A DNA stretch of 64,000 nucleotides from Leucoraja ocellata. Its lineage: Eukaryota. The notes beneath the pieces were generated by a model, which ran no database searches, had not been told where the DNA came from, and worked only from the letters and a program-made list of their open reading frames with translations. A program made the position numbers and the translations under genes. Location of the stretch: assembly GCA_036785375.1 (NCBI GenBank), contig JAWMAR010000175.1:1488001-1552000 (forward strand), in the 5' to 3' direction. Of the stretch, positions 13,001-21,956 are shown one piece after another. How positions within the stretch are numbered: the first letter of the stretch is position 1; each line of letters opens with the position of its first letter.

Positions 13001-16000
13001 TTCACACTAAAGAAGATAAGATCTTATAAGAGACTAGAAGATTAAGGAAAATGTAGAATAGATCATAGTTAGCTTGGGGAAGGTGACAATGAAGCATAGA
13101 GATAACATGTAATCAGGGGACAGTCAGATCGGTCAGGGGAGAGGGGGAGAGGGGGAGAGAGCCAGGGTTACTTGAAGTTCGAGAAGTCAACATTCATACT
13201 GCTGGGGTGTAAGCTGCCGATGCGAAATTAGAGGTGCAGTTTCTCCATTTTGCACTGGGCTTCACTCTAAGAATGGAGGAGGCCCAGGACAGAAAGGTCA
13301 GTGTGGAAGTGGGAGGGAGAGTCAAAGTGTTTAGCAACCGGGAGATCAGGTAGGTTTAGGCGGACTGAGCAGAGGTGTTCAACTAAACTATTGCCGAGCC
13401 TGTGCTTGGTCCCACTGATATAAAGAGTCCACACCTGGAACAGTAGATGAGGTGCAAGTGAACCTCTGCCTCACCTGAAAAGACTGTTGGGGTCCTTGGA
13501 TGGAGTCGAGTGAGGAGGTATAGGGACAGGTGTTGCATCTCCTGCGGTTGCAGGGGAAAGTATCTGGGGAGGGGGTGGGAAGGGATGAGTTAACCAGGGA
13601 GTTGCTGAGGGAATGGTCTCTGCGGAAAGCAGAATGGGGTGGAGATGGGAAAATGTGGTTAGTGGTGGGATCCCGATGGAGGTGGCTAAAATGTCAGAGG
13701 GTTATGTGCTGCATGCGACAGCTGACGAGGACTAACGGGACATAGAAACATAGAAAATAGGTGCAAGAGGAGGCCATTTGGCCCTTCGAGCCAGCACTGT
13801 CATTCATTGTGATCATGGCTGATCGTTCCCAATCAATAACCCGTACCTGCCTTCTCCCCATATCCCTTGATTCCACTAGCCCCTAGAGCTCTATTTAACT
13901 CTCTCTTAAATCCATCCAGTGATTTGGCCTCCATGGCCCTCTGTGGCAGGGAATTCCCCAAATTCACAACTCTCTGGGTGAAAACATTTTTTTCTCACCT
14001 CAGTCTTAAATGGCCTCCCCTTTATTCTAATGCCCTGTCCCACTTAGGAAACCTGAACGGAAACCTCTGGAGACTTTGCGCCCCACCCAAGGTTTCCGTG
14101 CGGTTCCCGGAGGTTGCAAGTAGGGCAAGCAGGTAGGGAGACTGACAAAACCCCCCGGGAACCGCACGGAAACCTTGGGTGGGGCGCAAAGTCTCCAGAG
14201 GTTTTCGTTCAGGTTACCTAAGTGGGACAGGGGCATAAGACTGTGGCCCCTGGTTCAGGACTCGCCCAACATTGGGAACATTTTTCCTGCATCTAGCTTG
14301 TCCAGTCCTTTTATAATTTTATAAGTATCTATAAGATACCCCCTCATCCTTCTAAACTCCAGTGAATACAAGCTTAGTCTTTTCAATCTTTCCTCGTATG
14401 ACAGTCCCGCCATCCCAGGGATCAATCTATCCAGGGACCCTATCCCTGTTGTGACTGGAGGAGGGGAGGGGGAACAAGAGTCGAGCTGCAGGATATTGAG
14501 GAGACCCATGTGAGGGCCTCATCTATGATGGGAGCCCCCATTCCTTAAAGAATGAGGACATCTCAGATGTCCTGGTATGGAACATCTCATCTTGGGCACA
14601 GATGTGGTGTAGATGGAGGAAATGAAAGTTGTGGCCGGGTGGGAAGAAGTGTAATCTAGATTGTAGTGGTAGTCAGTAGGTTTATAATAGATGTCAATCA
14701 ATAGTCTATCTCCTGTGATGGAGACAGTGGGATAAAGAAACGGCAGGACGATGTCAGAGATGACAGAGGTGGTGAGTGTTTTCAATATTAAAGTAAGGGA
14801 TTTGATGTTAGTACATGTAGTTGGTAACTATAATTTTAAGTACTGAATACTATAATGATATGACGTGTTGTGTGATATTCAATATCTTATCAGTCTCATG
14901 AATATGTGTGAGTATGCGCAGTGTAGTTTTGTAAAATAATGACCACCCACACTGGCAACAGCGTGTACTGAAAACCTGTGCTCGATTCTATCTACATGCT
15001 GAAGCCATACAGTGCAGGAAAATAACACAAGTAAAAGATCATCCATTCATGTTTTGGTTGGGGTTTTCTATTATATTATCAGTCTTACCTGATATATCGT
15101 CAGTGGTCATATCCTCAAGATCAATAATCAGGTCATCTTCAAATGCATTCCAGTACTAAAGAGATCAAAAGATCAAAAGTCAGCCTGAAGAAGTGTCTCG
15201 GCCTGAAATGTCACCCATTCATTCTCTCCAGAGATGCTGCCTCAGTTACTCCGGCATTTTGTGTCTATCTTCAAAAGATTACATTATCTGACAATAGGTA
15301 CAAGCTATAAATTTCAAAGATTAACTGGTACATGTGATTACTAGCCACAAATCTTCCACAACTCCAGTGGAATTCAAATATGCAAACAAAATTAAAGAGC
15401 CGGGGAAGGCAATGAGTCCTTTTGGTCACACTCTGCCATTTAACATGATCATGGCAGTTCATTCAAATTCATTTTCAGGTTCTCCTTTTCCCCCATATCC
15501 CTTTAGTAGCTTACTATATTTAACTTCTTTAAATACATTTGCCCCCAACCAAAAAACGTCTATCCATGCTCTCCAGAGATGCTGCCTGTGTGAAAGATGT
15601 TCCTATGAAGATTCTAACACTCTCAGCACTGTCTCCTCTCATTCTTATAAACTCTAGTGAAATATCCCACTCATTTCTACACACATTCTACCATCTCCAG
15701 AAGTAGTCTTGTGAACATTCACTTAACTCCATAGAGAAAGAGTTAATTCCACAACTAAAGGCCAAGACTGCACTAAATACTCAGGACATCATCCCTTCAA
15801 GGCCCTGTGCAATTGCAGCAAGACATTGCTACTGTTTTACTGAATTCCTCGCGTTGTGAAGGTCAATTTGTCATTTGCCGTTTAAACCAAAGATCTTAGG
15901 TTTAAACAGCCTGCTGCATCTTCATGCATATTTAAATGGGCTGATGCACAATCAACTCTCACCCCACACTTTTGTAAAGCAGCATCTACAGTTCCTGACG

Positions 16001-16388
16001 TTAAAATCTCACTCCACCTCCCCCTTTCCTAACCCCTTCCTTCCATTCCTGCTTTGCCACCAATGCACGCAGGTTAATCCACATTATTCTGCACCCGCCA
16101 CATATTTTCTCACTCATTCCACTGTCGCCCTGATGCTTCACCTTACACCCTTCACAAGCCACAATTCCATCTGTGGAAGGTCAGCCAGCAACCCCGAGAT
16201 ATTAGTGACTGAGAGGAGGGAACGTAATGCAATGCAGAGTGTGGCATGGACCACGCTGTCTCCCACAACAGATGCAGTCCCGCAAACCCCAGGCCTATCT
16301 GTCCCACCTTCAGGATGATGCGCTCCAAGGCCGCCCGGTAGCGGCTGCCGTTGCCCATTAGCCCGGTCTCCAGGCTTCCTCCCTCCAT
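2661..16388 (-). CDS. HJURP: HJURP/Scm3-like CENP-A chaperone, spliced gene. Exons 16308-16388, 15089-15155, 11688-11758, 11389-11509, 8291-8340, 6417-6507 (tentative), 2661-4069; terminal exon(s) uncertain
   Basis: Spliced N-terminus [27 protein letters not shown]|[23 protein letters not shown]|RTRW fits the Scm3 CENP-A-binding motif (human RFQRRMQRLIEK|YNQPFEDTPVVQM..G|LRIW). All junctions are GT-AG and phase-compatible (0,1,0,1,0,1). The large Ser/Pro-rich exon contains [17 protein letters not shown], similar to the HJURP middle domain TISDLYAGMLHSMSRLL. Confidence 0.8.
4785..4810. repeat. (CA)n microsatellite
   Basis: Seen directly. Confidence 0.95.
6417..6507 (-). CDS. HJURP: Probable HJURP-like exon 6 ([30 protein letters not shown])
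   Basis: The only candidate I found that supplies the required phase 0 to 1 bridge; acceptor AAG, donor GTATGG. Confidence 0.45.
8291..8340 (-). CDS. HJURP: HJURP-like exon 5 ([16 protein letters not shown])
   Basis: Acceptor TAG, donor GTACAG, 50 nt, phase 1 to 0. Confidence 0.6.
9171..10232 (+). mobile_element. CR1 LINE, 5'-truncated and degenerate
   Basis: RT motifs [11 protein letters not shown] and [19 protein letters not shown]1 3' UTR with CTATTGT tail. Confidence 0.95.
10375..11365 (+). mobile_element. RTE-X-like LINE 3' fragment interrupted by two short insertions (~10472-10570, ~10728-10840)
   Basis: Broken frame [45 protein letters not shown]; AATAAA plus (CAAT/TAAT)n tail. Confidence 0.6.
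11389..11509 (-). CDS. HJURP: HJURP-like exon 4 (acidic/Ser-rich)
   Basis: Acceptor TTTCAG, donor GTAAAA, 121 nt open, phase 0 to 1. Confidence 0.65.
11688..11758 (-). CDS. HJURP: HJURP-like exon 3 ([24 protein letters not shown])
   Basis: Acceptor CTTTTAG, donor GTACAC, phase 1 to 0; Trp placed like human GLRIW. Confidence 0.65.
12195..12620 (-). mobile_element. Rex1/Babar-like LINE 3' fragment
   Basis: [22 protein letters not shown] is typical of the Rex1 C-terminus. Confidence 0.7.
13740..14428 (-). mobile_element. CR1 3' fragment nested in the Penelope element
   Basis: (CATAGAAA)n tail and [14 protein letters not shown]. Confidence 0.9.
14031..14235. mobile_element. PIF/Harbinger-type palindromic MITE
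   Basis: Inverted arms of ~80 bp (CCCTGTCCCACTT..AAGTGGGACAGGG); TAA duplicated at 14028-14030 and 14236-14238; removing it restores the CR1 sequence. Confidence 0.85.
15089..15155 (-). CDS. HJURP: HJURP-like exon 2 ([22 protein letters not shown])
   Basis: 67 nt, acceptor TTTAG, donor GTAAGA; Scm3-type KY..FED..I.L motif. Confidence 0.85.
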
Positions 16389-16720
16389 CACCGGGTGGGG
16401 GATGGGATGGTGTGGGGCCGCGCGGCTGCCCCGGCCACCGTTGCCAGGTGACCGGCCCGTGCTGCGCCCGTTACTCAGGGCTCCAACCGCCGCGCGTTTA
16501 AACTGCCGCCAGCCCTCCCCTCATTGGCTCGCCGTCCCGCTGACGTCACCGCCCACGCGTCATGGGTGGCGACGGACCTAGGGAGCGCGCCTGCGCATGC
16601 GCGGCCCGGCGGCTAGTATCTTTGCCCCCAACCGAAGATGCCAGAGGAACAAGATAGACCACGAGGCGATAAAGCCGGAGTAGGAGCGAGTATCTTTGCC
16701 CCATGTGAGTCATGGGGCCA
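16300..16720 (-). promoter_or_regulatory. CpG-island promoter of the HJURP-like gene, with cell-cycle-type elements
   Basis: CpG-rich. NRF1-type TGCGCATGCGC at 16592-16602, GC box at 16549-16554, CRE TGACGTCA at 16541-16548, CCAAT at 16523-16527, CDE/CHR-like TGGCG-N4-TTTAAA at 16497-16511, Myb-type YAACGG at 16438 and 16468. Confidence 0.7.
16308..16388 (-). CDS. HJURP: HJURP-like exon 1 (Scm3 helix)
   Basis: ATG inside the CpG island; 27 codons ending LERIILK, then donor GTGGGA. Confidence 0.8.
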
Positions 16721-16789
16721 TTCGGCCCATTGTGTCTCCTCAGCAGAACTTTTTTTATCAATGCAAACACGCAATGAAATATACTCATC

Positions 16790-17815
16790 AGTCATAGGAG
16801 CAGAATTAGGCCGTTCAGCCCATCAAGTCTGCCCCGCCCAACATTCAATCATGGCTGATCTTTCTCTCCCTCCTAACCCCGTTCTCCTGCCTTCTCCCCA
16901 TAACCACCGACACCCGTACTAATCAAGAATCTATCTAGCTCTGCCTTAAATATATCCACTGACTTGGCCTCCACAACCTTCTGTGGCAACGAATTCCACA
17001 GATTAACCATATAACAATTACAGCACGGAAACAGGCCATCTCCGCCCTACAAGTCCGTGCCGAACAAATTTTTTTCCCCTTAGTCCCACCTGCCTGCACT
17101 CGTACCATAACCCTCCATTCCCTTCTCATCCATATGCCTATCCAATTTATTTTTAAATGATACCAATGAACCTGCCTCCACCACTTCCACTGGGAGCTCA
17201 TTCCACACCGCCACCACTCTCTGCGTAAAGAAGTTCCCCCTCATATTACCCCTAAACTTCTGTCCCTTAATTCTGAAGTCAGTTGTTATAACCATATACC
17301 ACCAGATTCACCACCCTCTGACTAAAGAAATTTCTCCTCATCTCCTTTCTAAAGGTAAGTCCTTTAATTCTGTGGCTGTGCCCTCTGGTCCTAGACTCTC
17401 CCACTAGTGGAAAAATTATCTCCACATCCACTCTATCCAAACCTTTCACTATTTGGTATGTTTCAAGGAGGTCCCCTCCTATTATTCTAAACTCCAGCGA
17501 GTACAGGCCCAGTGCTGACAATAGCTCATCATAGGTTAACCTACTCATTCCTGGGATATATCCACTGACTTGGCCTCCACAACCTTCTGTGGCAAAGAAT
17601 TCCACAGATTCACCACCCTCTGATCAAATAAATTCCTCCTCATCTCCTTCCTAAATGTATGTTCTTTTATTCTGAGGCTGTGCCCTCTTGTCCTAGACTC
17701 TCCCACTAGTGGAAATATCCTCTCAACATCCACTCTATCCAAGCCGTCGACTATTCTGTAATTTTCAATGAGGTCCACCCTCAATACCTAAACTCCAGTG
17801 AGCTCAGGCCCAGGG
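16790..17815 (-). mobile_element. Cluster of nested and tandem CR1 3' fragments
   Basis: Repeated [15 protein letters not shown] segments; 17005-17285 matches the 3' end of the 57335-59320 subfamily. Confidence 0.9.
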
Positions 17816-18078
17816 CCAAATGAGGCTCCACTGAGGATTAAATATGAGAGAAGCTATAAGCCCCTGATCCTGCTCTACTCATCGGCCCAGGCTGACCAAA
17901 GGTTCAAGAAGTCACGTGGAAGATGCAGCCTAGTCCCCTCTCACCCTGATAAACTCCACCAGATACAACTGTAAATGCTGGTTTGCCCCCAAAAAACTGG
18001 TGCTGGTGTAACTCAGCAGGTCAGGCAGCATCTCTGGAGGACATGGATAGGCAACATCTCTGGAGTCTGAAAAAGGGT

Positions 18079-18362
18079 CCTGATCCATTTTCACCAGAGA
18101 TGCTGCCTGACCCGCTGATCCTGATCCATGTTCACCAGAGATGCTACCTGACCCATTGATCCTGATCCATGTTCCCCAGACATGATGCCTGGCCCGCTGA
18201 TCCTAATCCATGTTCACCAGACATGATGCCTGGCCCGCTGATCCTAATCCATGTTCACTAGAGATGCTGCCTGGACCACCATTCCTGATCCATGTTCACC
18301 AGACATGCTGCCTGGACTGCTGATCCTGATCCATGTTCACCAGAGATGCTGCCTGACCCACT
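18079..18362. repeat. 41-bp tandem repeat (~7 copies) inside a Penelope-terminus palindrome
   Basis: CCTGATCCATGTTCACCAGAGATGCTGCCTGACCCGCTGAT recurs at 18079, 18120, 18161, 18202, 18243, 18284 and 18325. Confidence 0.9.
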
Positions 18363-19807
18363 GAGCTTCCCCTGAGTTTATGTCTTTTTTTTCTATACTG
18401 TCCAACCTCTCCTCACAATAAAACTCTCCCATTACAGGTCTTGATTCAATTTCAGATATTTGATTGTATAGCAGTGCTTATTTCAGGAGGATGCAATCTC
18501 ACAATGAAACACATTAATAACTAATTTCCCTGTCATTCTGTGTCACTGCAGACTGGGGACTTTGGACTTCCTACAAGATATGAGTGCAAGGGTGCAAACG
18601 TGCCAGGATCTCGACCCGAAATGTCACGCATTCCTTCTCTCCAGAGATGCTGCCTGTCCCGCTGAGCTGCTCCAGCATTTTGTGTCTACTAAAGATGGCA
18701 TGCTTGCTGAAATTCTCAAACTTGGCAGAAAGTGATTTCTGGGATAACTTTACCACCTCCTGGATGAGGATGACAACAGGAAAATAGTCAATGAAATCGT
18801 CTTCAAGAGCCAAATCCAATTGGGCCAACTACAATACGATGTCTGTTCCCGGCTATGCCAGAGAGCTATACCATAATTGTGGGATAGATCTTGTCCATCA
18901 GACATAATGTCATTGGATCTTCATTGTGTGCCAGCACTCAATTTCCATTTCAAGCTTATTTCCCTCTGAAGCGTTCAGGACAAATCCCCTGTAGGTTTGT
19001 ATGGGCAAGCTGAGCAGTCTCTGGGCAGGAGGTGGAGCTTTAAGTTGTTAATGAAGTCCTGCAGTCATTAATTACAGGGCCTCCATGACCCCATCAATTA
19101 GTGGATTATTCAGTTGACCTACAATGACCGCACATATCTTGCCTTGCTCTGTTGAAAGTGAAGTCAATCTTTTGCCTGATTTTGAATGACCTTACACAAA
19201 AGATGCTTCCTTATATTTACAGCTATCTGCTCCATTAATCAACAAGCACAAAAGGCACAAATAAGCGTACTAATAAAGCATGAAGTAGGACATTAGGCCC
19301 CTCAAACCCTCCCCGCTATTAAAGATCATAAAATGGTCTTGACGCTGGGTTTCGACCCCAAATATCAACAGTTACTTCCCCCTCTACAGCTGCTGCTCAA
19401 CCTGCTGATTTTTTCCAGTGGATTATTTGTTGCTCTACATTGTAACACCTGTAGTCTCTTGTGTCTTCTTTACAAAGATCGTGGCTGGTTTGTTTATCGT
19501 CCACATATTGTCACCTATCCATGATAATCTTTCACTCCCTTGCTTATCATGTGATAACTTCTGCCTTAAAAAATATTCACAAGGCCCTGCCTTTGAAAAG
19601 GTTCCAAAAACTCTCAACACTCTTGTAGAATAAAAACTTCAACTCTGCGTAAAATAGTCAACCACTTATTTTTAGACAATGATCCGTGGTTCAATTATCT
19701 CCCACAAGAGGCACCAACCTCTCAATATCCACACATGATCCCTCTGGATCTTATGTTTCAACTCCCACTCTTCGAAACTCCAGCAGATTCATCTCAATCC
19801 TGTCTAA

Positions 19808-20011
19808 AGGGCCTGTCCCACTTGGGCATCATTTGCGTGTCACGCAGGTGGCGCGTGAGGATTTTGAGCATCCCAAAATCCTGGGACGCCGCGCGCTACT
19901 GCATTAGCCACCACGCCTCAACATACACCTTCCGCGTGTCATGACGCGCCAACCAATTTTTAGGATGTCGCGTAAATGACGCACAAATTACGCCCAAATG
20001 GGACAGGCCCT
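19808..20011. mobile_element. PIF/Harbinger-type MITE
   Basis: Terminal inverted repeats AGGGCCTGTCCCA..TGGGACAGGCCCT, flanked by TAA and TTA; a related one-ended copy sits at ~30946-31085. Confidence 0.8.
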
Positions 20012-21956
20012 TTACCTCTCTTCACAATACAACTCTCCCATTACATCCCATTTACACCTCAGCGGTATGAACATTGACTTCTCTAACTTCAAGTAGCCCT
20101 TGCTTTCCCTGTCTCTTCATCGCCCCCCCCCCCCCCCACCCTTCCCAGTTCTCCTACTAGTCTTACTGCCTCATTTTATCTCTGTACCGCTCACTCCCCT
20201 GACATCAGTCTGTGGAAAGGTCTCAATCTCAACCCGAAACGTCACCTATTCCTTCTCTCCAGAGATGCTGCCTGTCCCGCTGAGTTACTCCAGTATTTTG
20301 TGCCTACCGCCCATTACAGAACTTGATTTCACTTCAGACATTTGATTGCAAAACACTGCTTATTTCAGGAAGATGCAATTGTAAATGAAAACCAGGTTCA
20401 AGAGCAGCTACTTCCCAACAACTGCCAGGCTTTTGAACACTAACCACAGCAACAATGTGTTGTTTTGTTTACAGACGTGTTACTCTGCAGCAAGTAAGAA
20501 TCTCAATGTTCCGTTGTTGATACATACTATTTAAGTCTCGCTCTCTCTCTCCCTCACTTATCATTTGTACCATTCTGGACTGAGTACTTTTGACTTCCTG
20601 GCATAAGAAATGCTTGTTCACCTGATATTTCCCCGTTTCCATAAAACCAGACAACAAAAGATTTAATTTCCCACTCCAGGTCTTGGTCTTGCAAAGCTAT
20701 GAACTAATGCAGAATCTAGGTCGGAAGAAAGGTTTCGACCCGAAACGTTACCAATTCCTTCTCTCCAGAGCCGCTGAGTTACTCCAGCATTTTGTGTCGA
20801 CCTGTGAACTTCTGATGCAGTACCATACTTTAAATGAAAGAGGCCGACAATGTATGCAGTACTTTTGATGAGATTTCAGCAGTGCCCAATATAACTAAAG
20901 ATAGAGAAATCAAGGAAAAGAATTCCAGGATTTAGGTTATAAAGTCTTCTGCCAATGATGAAAGAGTTGGGGGAAGGGAGATAATTAATTGGGACAATTT
21001 CAGTGTTGCGGTAATTGTCTACTAATCATGTTTGCTTACTTACAAAGGTTGTTTTACAATGATTGCTATACATTGTGCAATAATGTTTTGGGGCCAAAAC
21101 TGAAATTGATTTTTTTTTGACCAATCAACATTTTTTTTTTAATCTTCCAAAAACCTAGCAAAGTTAATAATGAACAAGTTGCATATACAATATAACATTT
21201 ATTCTGATTATACAACCTCAAAATATCCAGTTTTACAATTGACTTCTACAGTTTGATGAAAAATAACTGACCTTTTAGAGCAGATTTAAAGTAAAGGTGT
21301 GAATACGTATGTACTATGAGTACTTTCAATACTGCCCATTAAATAGACAACATAAAAAATGACAGCAAGGTCAGAACACTTACTGACTCATTCAAAACCT
21401 GGTATTCTTGGTTACTAAGGTTAGAAATGGCAAAAAACAAGTGAAAGGATTCAATGCTGTTATTTGAATACTACATCACATCATCTATTTGCAAAAATAA
21501 AAGAAAGCCTTTAAACTATTCAGGCCGGCTTACAATGCAATGTTCAAATATTCAAAAATAATCTTAAAAAATGTAATAGAATAGAATATTCATTAATTTT
21601 ACTGTTCTCACGAAGGGAAGCAGAGAAGAAAAAAATATTGAAACAACGAAATGTTGGTTTACAAAATAAGACAGAATGCTGGGATAACTCAGCCGGTCAG
21701 GCAGCATCTCTGGAGAACATGGGTAGGGCGATGTTTCAGGTCGAGACCCTTCTTCAGACAAAAAAATGTTAATCGTTACATTAAAGGATTTATTTTCGTC
21801 AATCCTTTCCTGTTTGACATCCTTTTTTTAAAACTAAAATTAGAAAATCTAACCTAAAATAATTTTCTTTCAGTGACTCAGACCACTTTTGGGAAACTTT
21901 AGCTCCTCTTGATTACTGCACGTATCTTGAGAGTGCTTCTTTGTTGAAAGCTTCAT

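Larger units (their letters stand above)
13130..14775 (-). mobile_element. Penelope-like element fragment, interrupted by CR1 (13740-14428)
   Basis: [17 protein letters not shown] (RT thumb) near 14640-14700; degenerate GIY-YIG region near 13350-13450. Confidence 0.75.

Noticed and set aside
14951-14991. Alternative HJURP exon 3 (phase 1 to 0)
   Set aside because: Weaker splice sites and no Trp; 11688-11758 fits better.
18079-18362. CRISPR-like appearance of tandem arrays (also 33690-34600 and 63455-63782)
   Set aside because: No unique spacers, no cas genes, vertebrate context; these are minisatellites.
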